From NCBI RefSeq assembly GCF_964355755.1, contig NC_092677.1, positions 3,804,101-3,868,100 of the forward strand: 64,000 nucleotides of DNA, in the 5' to 3' direction. Origin of the DNA: Antedon mediterranea. Its lineage: Eukaryota; Animalia; Echinodermata. The notes below the pieces were generated by a model that had not been told where the DNA came from, ran no database searches, and worked only from the letters and a program-made list of their open reading frames with translations. Both the position numbers and the translations under genes were made by a program. Shown in pieces: positions 34,901-49,900 of the stretch. Every line of letters starts with the position of its first letter. Position 1 is the first letter of the stretch.

Positions 34901-37900
34901 TTGAATAATATTAAATTCTTTACTAATTAATATTATTTCAAATTATATAATTTAAAGATATATTATCCCCCTAAACATTTTTTTTTTTTCAAGTTTTTTT
35001 TATGTCGCATACTATAGTGACACTTTGACAAAAAAATTAAATCGGGAAAAAAAATTATTTACCTGAAAAAACTGTAATTTAAAGCAAAAAAATAGTCAAA
35101 TTGGCTGCCATCCAATGGGGTTTTCGTTGAATTTTACCATTTATTGTCATTTTAATGAGAAAACATTTTTTAATAAAACTACAAAATAACATATTCAACG
35201 TCTGATTTTATTAATCTTCATTTTTCATGTTTCTGGGGGACAATACAATACATCTTCAAATACAGCATTGGCGTATTCAAGATTTTGTAAACGGGAAAGA
35301 GCTAGCAATAGCCTACAGTTAATTAATAAATAATAATATTCTGGCAAAAATAATTATCAAGAAGTACAGGTAGTTTATAATTTCATAGTAACTGTTAAAA
35401 GTTGATAAACTGCATATAAATTAATATAAAATTAATGACATCATTCATATTTATAGATATTACACATAATTATTATAATTCATATTAATCATTTTTTGTA
35501 TTAAATAGGATGCATTTTATGATCCAGGATTTCATATTCAACGTCATCTTATCTTGGTTTTAAGTTGGTAATAAAACATGTTACAGTAATGCTGGTATAC
35601 AGATATCAATAGATATGAGATATCAATCTTAAAATTAAAATATAGAGTGAAAAAATTAATCACAACTCTATTCTAATCTTTTGTGAAAATTAATTGGAAA
35701 GCACAAATAATTTTGTTTTTATCAAAATATTTTTAATCATAAATTTATTTTTACTTTTTACTTTTTTGAAGAAATAATATTACAAAATTTTGTTTCAAGA
35801 AATAATACTTACAATACAGAATAGTATAATAGAACACATTAGAAAAAAGATAATGAAAATGTTATGATATTACACTATAAATTGCCAATGATGTTTATTA
35901 ATACAGTATTTAATTTTATTAATAAAATATGTAAATCATGCCATGATGAGACTAAAATATTTATTTTATAACTGAAGATCTACAGTTTAGAAATTTGATT
36001 CCAAACAGAAAAACATTGCAAATTAATAATTATATACTTTAAACTTTACCAGACTTTACAAATATATATAATATCACTATTATTAAAGCTTAGTTTCCAC
36101 TAGAACGTAACACAAGGACGTAAACGTAACGCAAGCGTTTTAACCAATGACAAGCGAAGTTATAGACAGTTAGCAATCACATTGCGTCCTTGTGTTGCGT
36201 CGCTAGTGGGAACCACGCTTTACACAAAATTTAAACTGCCCGTTGAAAAAACTTAATTAATTAATTTAAAATGTTACATATATATTTTATCACCTGACAA
36301 TAAGGTTTAAATATTAATTCCAAACAGAAAAATATTACATATTAATAATTTTATTGTGTAAATATAATATCAATTTTAAACTTTACCAGTTACAAATATA
36401 ACAGTAACACTAACAGGTAGAGAACAAATTCTAAACTGCCGGGTGATATACTAAAAATCAATGAATTAATTTAGCAACGATTTTACCTGAAAATAAGGTT
36501 TAGAAATTAAACATTGCAAATTAATCATTATTATAATATTGTTTAGTCTATTTCATGCCTACAGTAGCTTACCTGGATAAACTGAAAATAGCCCTTTTTC
36601 CCCAAAAAGTAGAAACATAAGTAGAACACAATCAACAAACTTGACCTTACCTGTAATTCCTACAACCAAACTTTCCACTCCCGGAAAACAGGTAATCCCC
36701 AAACAATCTAACCGTGTTTAGCAAATAAATTGACCTCCCATTTGCATTTTGTTCTTTTTTACGTCTGTTGATCCACAGATTAAGAACAATAATCGTTCCC
36801 GTGAACTACGCCATCATCTGATCCTGCTTGCATTGTTAGAATTCGACAAGTGGAAACTTTTATGGAAGATCAGCATTCCATTGCTATTTAACCTAAAATC
36901 ATATGACTTTATGTTTTGTATTGAAGCTTTGTTTGTACCAGTCACCAATTCATTCGTTAAACAACGTTGGCATAATATTCATGTGTGATGCGGTAATCTA
37001 TGCTGTACCATTATAAAACGTACTACTGTACAATATTTGATAGGAAATAAAAAGTACTGTGTATTTAACAGAGAATTAAAACCACAAACAACGCTGAACT
37101 TTCATCATTTAGAGGAAATATTCCGGAATATATTTTCTTTTTATTGACCAAAGGAGTGTTGTTACCAGCGAATCAAACCACACCGGATTATATGGATGGA
37201 AAACGTTTCTGTATAGAATTAATATTTTACCTGTAGCATTGTGGTGTTGTTATACCATTGTGTTGCTTACTGAAGGTGAATTGACCTGAATTCAGTAAAT
37301 CTATTCAGGAATTTATTAAACAATGAGAGAGAAGATCCCATCCTATGCGGATGAATTGATTGGATGGTTTAACGTTTTGTTATCCTAATACCCTGTCAAC
37401 TTTACATCATTTCTAGTTCAGAGTTTGCCTGTCATTCGTGTTGTACTAACAGTGTACTTCAGTTGATTAAAAACACTGGTATCTCGTATATACAGTGGAT
37501 GCGTATTATTTTGCTACTGAATTGTAAAGCCATACAAAATGTATTTGTTGGTATCATTGGTTTAAACATTGTTTTTCGGTTGGATTATTTTCTTACGAGT
37601 ACCTGAACGTTTTTTTTTTTTACTTGCTGGGATGATGAAGTTAAATATTCAGAGTGAAGATGGAACTAGGCAAGAAGAAAATGAGGATGAGATCATTGGA
37701 ACTATCACAAATGAAGTAACGTTAGCAACGAGTTTGGTGACGAGTTCACCAACGGTGCAATACGTGCACCAAGATACCTTGAATATACCGACTTTAATAA
37801 GACACAGAACCACCAGCGTACCAGATTTAATGTCGGATGATAGCTCAACTTGCGAGAGCGATGCGTATAAAGTACAAAACAGATGTCAATCGGCTACTCT

Positions 37901-40900
37901 TAGCCGTGATGCGACGCTACAAAAACCAAAGAAATGCAATCCACGTTTGAGCCCAAAAATAAAGAAAGTCACAAAACTGATCAAGAAGAAAGTTGCAATT
38001 AAATCAAAAGCGAAACTGTAAGTTTGGCAAATCATTTCTAAATTAAAAATTCAATTCAAACAAAATTTGAGAGAGTTGAAAGATTTACCTAGAAACTAGC
38101 ATCCTTTCCATGATTTGTATAGGGTTCAAGACCTGTAAACAGGCCATCTGTAAACTAGCCTAGCACCTTTTGTGTGAAAAATTCTGTCTACAGGCTTGTT
38201 TTTTAATAATAGCTATACGTGAAAATAATGACTAAAAATGCAGGTACAATAATAACAGTACTCTTACTATTATGTACCATTTTGACTTTATGTTCCACTT
38301 TCAAACATTCTTTGTTGTTCAGTTAATTGGTTAGTCAAAGTCTTAGTACTTTCATGGAGTAATATTAATATTACTCCGTTGTACATTGAAACAAAATCAC
38401 AGAGCATGAAATTGGCTCAAAAGAGCATTGTAAGTTAGAGTTGGTGTGCTCATAAATGAAAAAAATACATAGCCAGTGAAAAATATATCCTAGACTTTAT
38501 TACAGTCTAGACTATATGCCACTGCCAGAAGAAATTTTAAATAAAAATATTTTTTTGAATGATGTATACCAAAGTTACATCCCCCTTACCAAAGTCATTG
38601 GTGTACTCTCCCAGCCCCGCCCCCTCCCCTCCCCCCACCTATTGAACTCCCACCAAAGCCTTTGGTCCCCCGCGAAAATTATTAATCTCCCACCAAATTC
38701 ATTGGTCCTCCACGAAACATCTTGTTGCTTTCTGATCATCTGAATTTATATTGAGCGCTGTTTTACTAGTCCCCAGTTATTGTGAAATCCATATCCTGTG
38801 ACCTCTGACCTATGAAGGTTACTTTAAATTGTAAAAAAGAATTTATTATACTGTACATTTCATTTTCTTAAAAGTTAAATTCATAATTTCCGGTACACTT
38901 TACCGTAAAAGTTTTGTTAATGTAACTACTAATTAAATTAGTAATTCTAAGATAAATTTAGAAAAGTGTGTGTGTGGAATAAACCATTAAGATTCAGTAT
39001 CAACATATGGAAATCTATGTGTTTATAGTACCTCGACAGAACGACAACGGATGGGGACCCTCCAAAGAAATTGCATTTTATTTGTCAGGAATTTGTATGA
39101 TTTATTTCTTTTTTATTTTTAAATGCGCCTTGAGCACTCTGGAGTGGTATGTGCGCTATAAAAATCTTATTATTATTATTATTATTACCTCAATGTGATT
39201 TAAACCCCCTATTATAAAAATGGTATAATCTAAAGGATGTTTATATGGCATGATCATGTGAAGGACATATAGCCAATCCTGTACTTCTTGTGTAAACCTG
39301 CTGATTCAATGCAACGACGTCCAAACATGGATTTCGTCTTTTTAAATTTCATCCCAGAACTTAAATTCCTGTCAAATAAAAGGTAGTATTTATTTAAGTG
39401 TTTATTAAGTAATTATTTTTTGTTTGGCATTGGATTTATATTTTATATATAATTATTTGAATGATGGAAGAATGAGTTTGTTTGAGCTGTAGGGGAATTC
39501 CCTATTACGATCTCAAGATCAAATTGTGGTAAAGATATGTACCTGGCACTGATGGAAGTGATGCGATTTGATACAACTTTATGTCCTGTACTTAGAATTT
39601 TAACTTGGTGTATATAATATTCATACAATATTAAAGTTATGTACTAAACTATCTATCTACATTTGAATTTAATTTTAAAGTTTATAAATTTACTTAAAAA
39701 TTAAGGACAGTTTTTGTTGCAATGTTACTCACTACAAGTGGTTGATTCAGAAGAATAGTGGCTTTGGAAGTGAGGGTGGGAAGTGAAAAATGGGTTGGGA
39801 TGTAGTACAGCACAGTACAATTATACAGTAGTACCATAATATTTATAGTTAATATAATACTAATATAATAATAAACTTTCATATTAGTAAATTTTTAATA
39901 ATATATTTTTTGTTCAATATATTAGCCATAATTACAATTTCTACTGTGTGTTAGTATAAATGGTTCAATGTATTTTTAGCTTGTTTAATACTGTATGTGT
40001 TTTTAAGTACTTTCGAGGACCACTTATACTTATTATAGTTTTACCTATGTACATTACAGTACAATAGTTAAGTACCATAATATACTAGTGTACTGATAAG
40101 ACAACTATTGATAGAGTTTAGGATACATTGTACTATACAGTTGTAATACCATAATATACTAGTGTACTGATAAAACAACTATGGATAGAGTTTAGGATAC
40201 ATTGTACTATACAGTTGTAATACCATAATATACTAGTGTACTGATAAGACAACTATTGATAGAGTTTAGGATACATTGTACTATACAGTTGTAATACCAT
40301 AATATACTAGTGTACTGATAAAACAACTATGGATAGAGTTTAGGATACATTGTACTATACAGTTGTAATACCATAATATACTAGTGTACTGATAAGACAA
40401 CTATGGATAGAGTTTAGGATACATTGTACTATACAGTTGTAATACCATAATATACTAGTGTACTGATAAAACAACTATGGATAGAGTTTAGGATACATTG
40501 TACTATACAGTTGTAATACCATAATATACTAGTGTACTGATAAGACAACTATGGATAGAGTTTAGGTTACATTGTACTCTACAGTTGTAATACCATAATG
40601 TACTAGTGTACTGATAAGACAACTATGGATAGAGTTTAGGATACATTGTACTATACAGTTGTAATACCATAATGTACTAGTGTACTGATAAGACAACTAT
40701 TGATAGAGTTTAGGTTACATTGTACTCTACAGTTGTAATACCATAATGTACTAGTGTACTGATAAGACAACTATTGATAGAGTTTAGGTACATTGTACTC
40801 TACAGTTGTAATACCATGTTTCATTTGGTAAACATTTAATTTTGTAAACATTCAATTATTTTTCTCCATCTGTTTTTTTATTACCTCACTGCATCAGCAT

Positions 40901-43900
40901 ACCTGTATATTGTAGATAAGGAATTAAAGTATAGATCATGATAATATTAAATAATTTGCATAAGAAAACCTATTTTTTTTCCTACTCAGACGTAATCCTA
41001 CTGTATTCTTAGGACTGTACGTTTCAGTCATACCATTGGACTGTATACTCCTTAAGTTAAGCGTGGTTCCCACTAGTGACACAACACAAGGACGTAACGC
41101 AACGCAAGTGAATTGACCAATCACAAGCGATGGCTTATTCGCTTGTGATTGCTAACTGTCTATAACTTCGCTTGTCATTGGTTAAAACGCTTGCGTTGCG
41201 TTTACGTCCTTGCGTTACGTTCTAGTGGGAACCAAGCTTTAAGGAGCTTTCGAATTTCGACGAACAAGCTATATCATGTTAATTCATTGTACGAATGTGG
41301 GGTCAGTGGGTGTCGCTCCCCACCACAACACAGGTTTTTAAAGCTCTGTCTACACTATCAAACTTTATGTGACAAAAAAATGTGATGTGCCCATATATGG
41401 ACACAATGACATCATATCACCACCATATTTGAGCATATCACTACCATATTTGGCCACATCACACTTTTTTGTTGATAGTGTAAACAGAGCTTTACAGTAG
41501 GTCTAGACGACGACCGACGACACATAGATTGAAGTGATATGGTATACTTTGATAGAATGTTTAAAAATATAAGATTGAATGTATTCCATTTTAATTATTC
41601 TTTCATAATTTTTTCTTTTTTTTAGTAAAAATAGTGAATCTTCTGATGTTAATGCTGACGAATGTAGCCAATCAGGTGATGAAAGGTAAGTCCTGGCACA
41701 TGACTACAAAATCAATAGAGCGTAAACAAAACGATTGTCACATGCTTTTAGTAAATCGTTGGTTAAGGGAGAATAGGAAGGTTTATTAAACAATAATCAA
41801 ATGCTTTCAAATAACTTTAGAGTTAAGCTCTGTCTACACTATCAAACTTGATGTGACATAAGAATATAATGTGCCCATATACTAGTATAGTATGAACATG
41901 ATATCATATCACTACCATGTTTGGACATATCACTACCATATTTGGGTACATCACACTTTTTTTGTCAAACTAGTTTGATAGTGTAGACAGAGCCCTAGAT
42001 TGTTAATCTACGCATCTAAATCCAGCTTATCCCCCAAAAAATTAAAAAATTAAATTAATAACAAAAAAAACTTTGAATAGTAAAGTGAATCACTTCCATA
42101 GAAAAATAAAAATTATGTTTTCACTTGTTAAAAGACACAATTATCAGTTATATTCAACCAAAAACCCATTGACTTCTAGTCAATTTGACAATTTTTTGCT
42201 TTAAATTTCGGTTTCTGCAGAGTAAATAATTTTTTTATCCAATTTTTAGTCCGTCACCTATTATGTGACATTAACATGATATATTCATCAAAAACATCGG
42301 GAAAAAATTTTTGTTCGGGGTGGACGATATATCTTTAACAATAATTTAACAAACAGTTCTCTTTTTTCCCTATTTTTTTCCTTTTTTTTTATTCCGGTGT
42401 TGGTTTTTCAATCCTCTTTTTTCTTTCAGCCTTCCTTCTTCCTCCACCTCTTCAACCCATTCTATGTTATCATTCAGGTAATACGATCACTTCATTTGTT
42501 TTTGTTTCATGTCATTCTCTTTCCTACTTGGGGATTCTATGCTCTTTTTTTAGTGTCATTGTTTATATTATTTAGTTTTATGAAGCTCTGTCTACACTAT
42601 AAAACTTATGTGACAACAAAATAGGATGTGTCAGTACCATATTTAAGCATATCACTACCACCATACAATATTTAAGCCCATCATTCAGTACTTTTTTGTC
42701 AAACAAGTTTGATAGTGTAGACAGAGCTTACAACACCATAATACACAGTGTATATTACTACTAGACATTTAATTGGTTAATTTTGTACCATGTGCCGTTC
42801 ACTAATAAGCTTTAATATAATTATAATATGATATTTTGACATTTGTTGTTCTTCTAGCATCAAATCAGAAGATAGGAATGCAAGGTATTATAACAATAAT
42901 TTTGATTCATATTTATATTTAAAATAATTGATTTATTTATAATCAAAAGTAAATTGATGTTTCTTATTTTCTCTTGTGTAATACAAATTGGATCTCCATA
43001 ACGTTTTTTTTATTTGTGTTACCCGTTTTACCTCGGAATTCTCAACCAAATAAATTCAATTTTGATCATGCATGTTACAGATTTTATCTTCTTTACATTC
43101 TATATCAAGTGTAGTGAATCAAGCTGAAAAGTGGGTCATTATACCTAAGTTTTTTATGTAACTAGACAAAAATCACTCCTGCCTAACCCCCCCACGCAAA
43201 AAAAAAATCATATTGTGTTTTATGATTAAGAGTGGTTGTGTGGTCATTTTAAGTTTGGTTTACTGCTGCTGTATCTTCTTTTGATTAACTTTAAAACAAT
43301 CCCCTCTTATGCCATAATTGCAAGTAATCACATAGTTTAGGATGTTTGCATACAGATTTCCTTAAAAACGCATTTCTTATTGTAAGTTATTGTTTATCCT
43401 AACGTAAAGCAACATTAAGGATTTGGACCCATGCTCCTCAGAATCATTGTCTGTGTCAAAAGGCGCACCGACCACCAACACCAAAGTGACGCACGTGGTA
43501 AAGTCACGTACACCGCTCGACGTCTTTCTTTCGCATTCTCATAAAATGAAAGTACGTCGAGCCCGTGGAATACGTAATAAGCGGTCTTCCCAAGGCGATC
43601 GTCTACGTCGTTTTGAGCTACGAGAAATCAGGTACTCAACGTTGTCGTTGCTATGTCAGTGGTGCACTATAGAAGAGGGATAACCACACGTATTTAATGT
43701 GCTCTGCGGCAACGTACAGTGGCCCTTTGTTTACGATCGCATGTCGTTGTTAATTTTATATTGTAATAACAGTCCCATGCAATCACCATTGCTTTGTTCA
43801 TGTTCATTTGTTAATATTGTACTTCAGTATTTAGATTGTTGTAGTATTACACAGTAGTTGTCTTAGTGAAAATCAGTATTTTGTGTACGTACCGTAAAGT

Positions 43901-46900
43901 CAATTACTTATTTCAAATTCTTTCCAACAAATTAGTATAAATGATTACCAAGCCAACACCTTAAATAATAATTTGTTCTCTTAAAAGGGGTGTCCACTGA
44001 AATAGAGGTTGGCTAGCGTTATACTATGTATTTCTACCCGTTTGTTATAAGAAAGTGTCCCCTGAATAGAGGATGTTCTTAAAGGATTCTACTGTATTTT
44101 ATCTGACTTAATAAGTCTATTTCATGCCTTGCTTACCTGGATAAACCGACAAATGCCATATTCTCCTCAAAGAGCAAGATATACTCGAAAAGTAGAACAT
44201 TCATTGAACACTCCTCTCCATAAATGGTTTGTGGACTGTATCATTTATGGAGAGGGGTGTTGAATTTTCTACTTTTCGAATATATCTTGCTCTTCGAGTA
44301 AAATGGCATTTGTTGGTTTATCCAGGTAAGCTAGGCACGAAATAGACTACCAAAACCATTTCTGATTTGTGTAATTTTCCATCTCCATCCTAATCATCTC
44401 TATTTCTGTCGTTAGTCTGTCAGCTAGCCCGAACTATAGACTTAGGCTTTGTCATCGCTATGATTTTTTTAGAACAATCAATAATTTTAATCACATAGAA
44501 AGTCAGACACTAAACTCATCAGGATTTATTGACAATCAGTACTTAATAAATATTCATAAATTTATAAATTTATCCAGGTACGGTAATCATTGTTTATCTT
44601 ATCATCTCATAATTATATTCATTTGAGCTTGGATATGAATATGTTTGACCTGGAAATTATTTTATTGCTCATATTGTCTTTCTGATTGCAACTGTGTGCA
44701 CTGAACCATAGTAATGTCTCAGTCTTATTTCGTCTTTGCTCTGTTTGAGCATAGAGGTACAGTTGTACCCTTCCTAGTTTGATTAGCACACTCACACACG
44801 ATATATTTATTGTTCAAATTGAACTGTTAAATTCATAAAAACCAGTTGAATTCTCAAGTTTAGATATTGTTGTTCTTTGGCAGTTTCAGTTTTGAATGAA
44901 ATGTAAATATTCAATTTGTGTATTTTGTACACATACTGTATTTCACATCAAAGGTATTAGTCTATAAACCCCTACCCTCACCTCAACTCATTTCCAATGT
45001 AGGAGGCTACTATTACTAACAGTCAATATATGCATCTGTGCTGTACCCAGTTCCTTAGTTTAATACTGTAAAGCAATGATAAATTTGGACCTGCCGTTTG
45101 TTCGAGTACCGTATTTGTTGTTGGTTTTGTTGTTGTTATAATATCTCCAATTCATAATGCTAAGTTTAATAGCTGAAATTAAATTAATTATTGCTAATCA
45201 TTTATGGAGAATTAGGCTTTGATTATTTTGCAAGTGTATGTTAACTGTTTAAATTTATTTATCATGTATTAGTTACTACTTTATGTTACTGTGAATGATT
45301 AAAAGCATTGTTAAGACTACCGTTAAATTTACACCACAGCCTTTTTTTAAATATGTTAAGGTTTAATATGGTTTTTCTTATTATTATCTTATTTTTTGAG
45401 GTTTTTAAACCGGTTTTATAACTTAAATGTAAACTTTCTTTTTGTAGCAATCAGAATGGTATGACAACATCACAATCAGTCCCAGAATACCTTGCAGCTG
45501 ACAACAGCACCGTCAGAAAGCGATCACCTAAACTAGGAAAGAAAAAAAATGTCCGCAAATCAACTCCATGGTACAGTGTAAGTGTCTCGAAGCATAAAAT
45601 GTATTTCAATATTATATTTATGTATTTAACAAGGTATTATCTTTCTTTAGTGTATTTTGTGCCTAGCTATACCTGGATAAACCAACATTAGCCCTTCTCT
45701 CTGGAGTGAGAAAACGATACCAAAAAAAAAGAATTGTAGATGTCTTGTACATTCCATCTAGAGTTTCCTTAGTTTATTTTGTGCGTAGTTATATCTGGAT
45801 AAACCAATCTTAGCCCTTCTCTTCTACCTACTCCCACACCTCTAGTGATGTGTTGTTATTTATGTTCATTTTATTTATAGGTCCTTCAATCAAACTACAA
45901 ATCAAGATGTGAGGAATTTCAGAAACTTTTCAAAGGTATTCCAGATACAGAGCGTTTAACAGTCGGTGAGTTTAAGAATAAATTGTTGGTGCAGTGACCT
46001 CTGACCTTAATTTTTTTTTTCTGCTGATGACTGACTTCAAATTCCACAAATTTAAAATCAAGTTTTGAATCCTGTATTTTCAGATTATTCATGTGCATTA
46101 CAAAAAGAGATATTAGTCCATGGACGGATGTATGTTACACAAAACTACCTGTGTTTTTATGCAAATATATTCAAATGGGAGACAACAGTGAGTACATTAT
46201 TATTATAATCATATTGGTCCCAACAGCAGACCTCAATTCTACAACCTCTCCCAAAGACTTTTAGCTGTAAATGTAATAATTGATGCAAACCGCTGATTCA
46301 ATTATATAGAAATGTCCCATGCAAGTTGCAATGTTGTTTATACTGTTTAAAAGATTTTTTGGAAATCCAAAGATTTTGGCCAGTCTAAAGCTCTGTCTAC
46401 ACTATCAAACTTTATGTTACAAAAAATGTGCCCAAATAGGTATGTCACATAAAGTTTGACAGTGTAGACAGAGCTTAAAGATGATGGGGTTTTTGAGGAT
46501 TTTTACTTTAATTTCTACTAAATTATTTGATTCTTTTTGTTTTAGCTTACAATTCAACTAAAGGACATAACGGCAGTGACTAAAGAAAGGACAGTGCGGT
46601 TCATACCAAATGCATTGCAGGTCACTACAGCAACAGAAAAGGTAAAAAAGAGTTAGTTTTACAATTATTGTTGACATTTTTTATCAAAAAACATCATTAT
46701 TAAAACATTTATGAAATTGAAAAAGTTTTAATTTCAAGGTGTTTATTGATTTTTTGTTTGAATTATGATTCATTTTATTTTCCACAGTACTTTTTTACAT
46801 CATTTGGGTCTAGAGACAAATCGTTTATGACCATCTTCAAACTATGGCAGAATTCACTCATGCAACTGGTGAGTATGCTGGCATTATGCCAAGTATACAG

Positions 46901-49900
46901 TTTTTATAACGTGTGCACATTGTCTGTGTTGGATTTAAAAACATGTCGTCGTGAGGTGGTTTCCCGAATGATCGTAAAATCAAAACGGTACTGGGTATGA
47001 CCAACTAGCGTTCTTGTCACCAACTAGTCATCCATTCATAGAAGTACTGATGTAGTAGCCTATCTGTACGGTGACCATAGAATGTGACCCGAGACATGAC
47101 TAACTACGACTTTTAGTTGATAGAAGATTGACAAAATTGTTAAGAAGAGTTGTACTATATGTGGATGTTTAATGAAATTATGTCAATAATGTTTGCTATA
47201 CAATTGTCTCACTGGATTTGTGCGCACAATATTATTTATAAGTCCAAGATCTGACACTAAATTTTGGAATTTTAATTATAGTTTTTAATAATAATAATAA
47301 TAATATACAACATTTCTATAGATAATTATTGTGCTCAAAGGCGCTTCACATAAAAATACATCACTGTACAAGACAAACAGTTCATCAAATAAGTTAGATA
47401 AATTACATTAAATAAATATATATTTATATTTTTGATTTAGCTTTTCGTTTTGATTTAGCTTTTCGCTTTTTATTTTTGTATCTCCATTGAGATCCAGCCA
47501 CTGATACCCACAGCATTGTCATTTTTTTCAGTAATTTGCCTTTGGATTTATATAAAAATATAAAAATATATCTATTTAGAAAGTGGTTAAATTTTAATGT
47601 TGTTTTCATTATCAAAGTTAATGCTGTTTATTGTAAATCTTGTTGTTGTATAGTATGTTCTGTTGAAGGAAACATTTTCAATGCACTTTCTGGCCTTTAA
47701 ATGAATAAAGTGGATTTAATTTTTCCAGGTTTTTTTCCTGCCATAAATGTTGAAATTGGTTTTTGGCTACCGTCACTTTTGCGACAATGTCCAGCAAAAA
47801 TGCCCTTTTCAATTTTTATTTCCACAGGCTGTTTTACAAAAATCAAATCTTGTTTTCTTCCGTAGGAAATGCCTCCAGTAGAGTTCTGGAAATGGATACA
47901 TTGTAATTACGGATATGACCTTGGAATTCCCGAAGACGAGCTTCCAGAAGATTATGTATTTCCAAGTAAAGAAGCAGAAGACAGTGGAGATGACAAATCC
48001 AGGGGTCAGGCCTCTGAAGGTCGTGGTAGTGATGGAGATGACCTCAGTTTGTCCGAGTCAAGGGTTAGTACAATTCAAAGATTATTTTTAAAATCTGCTT
48101 AAAGCTCTGTCTACACTATTAAACTAGTTTGACAAAAAAAGTGTGATGTGCCTAAATATGGTAGTGATATGTCCATATATGGGCACATCACATTTTTTTG
48201 TCACATAAAGTATCCAGAGCCTTAAAAACCTTTAAGTCTTTAGCATCTCTGAAGCTACCCACAACGTTCTTAGAATATTTGTTACACCAATGATTTTGAT
48301 TATATATTTTAGGAAGAACCTGCTGTAAAAGATGTTGAGTATATTATTGAAGAGGATGAAAATGGTACAACAGCACCACCATTACTAACTGGTCTCGATC
48401 CTCCTCGTATTGATGTCTCCGACTACTCAGAAGCCGAAGGTAATTGCACCTAATAATTGTAATTCTTTTAGCCTGATTTTGTTTGTTTGTAATATTTTTT
48501 TACCGTAATAAATAAATGCGTATTATTTTATAAAGTGATTGTTGTTAATATTTTAACATTGATCCATAGAGTTTGTGCAATCTGTTTATTGTTTTATTTT
48601 TTTATCTTAATTATGCCAAGCAAAATGAATTTCCATTTTAAGTGGGCCAATAAAATGTAATCTTAGTATTATTTTATTACTATTAATAATTATTTTTATT
48701 ATTTAACAGTTTTAATAATAGTTTTATTTTCATCTGTTTTTCCAGAAGAAGTTTTGTGCGGCTGCAATGACATGCATCAAGGGAAGCAATATTTAAATGA
48801 GGTGTTTGGAGTATCGTGCGAAACACTGTTTAAACTGTTATTTGCGGAAGATTCAGTATTTTATTTAGATTATGTTAAAGCAAGAAAAAGTACAGGTAAA
48901 TCATCATCATTAAACGTCACCATCATTATCAACTCAACTCTCTAAAAGCTGTATAGTATCAAAAGAGGTCTGGCCTAGCAGATGTACTTTCTCTGCTGCC
49001 TAGATTGGAACATTTCCGTGACCTAGGCCTATTTACTTGCACTTTTAGTGCTTGTTTCGTCTTGAAAAAGGTACTACAGGCTTGTATTTGGCTCTAAATT
49101 TTAACAAAATGTGTCACCCTTTAACAGAATCTATGCACATGTATAAAGTATAATGTTGCAGATTCAGAGCCTTTAGAGCATGAAAGTGAAATGTGCATTA
49201 TAGTATGCTATTTTTTATTTTTTTTAAAATTAAGATATTGAAATTGGAAAATGGAGGACAGAAGAAGATAGCTCAAAAGACTCTAGAGTGGTCACGTATA
49301 TATTTCCCATAAACAGCAATATTGGACCGAAATCCTCACAAGTTACAGAAACTCAAGTAAGAATTATTTGTTTACACAATACAATTTATGCAAATTTGTT
49401 TATTTAAGGCATTGTAATTTATGCAAATTTTCTTTACATTTATTTTTCGTTTTAAACAGTATAATTTATACTAATTTTGTTTACCATTTATTGTTTGTTT
49501 AAGACATGATTTATGCAAATTTTTCTTTTGTGGTTTTTTGTTCATTGTTTTTTTTTTTTACATTTAGACATTCCATCGTGATCTTAGTAAAGAGGGAAGC
49601 TGCTATATAACAACAAATAAAGTAGAAAATAAAGGAATACCATACTCGGACAATTTTCATGTTCTAGGTCGTTGGTGCATCACCCGGGTCAGCGAAAATA
49701 AATGTCGTTTGTGGTAAGGATAAACAACTATTTAAAAAATGTAAACTCGAAAAAGTCTGGTTTTGGCAAAATTTACTATGTTTTAATCTTCAGTATAGAG
49801 TAGAATCCCTAATAAGTGGACACCTGAAGGATTCAACAAAGTGTCCTCTTAATAGAGGTGTCCCATGAATAGGTGTTGAAAACCATATATTTCACAAAAA

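Noticed and set aside
43356-43381. 26-nt AG...GTAAGT-flanked candidate microexon in GRAMD1
   Set aside because: The length is not divisible by 3 and the acceptor is weak. It would frameshift unless it were a first or poison exon, and nothing in the sequence supports that.
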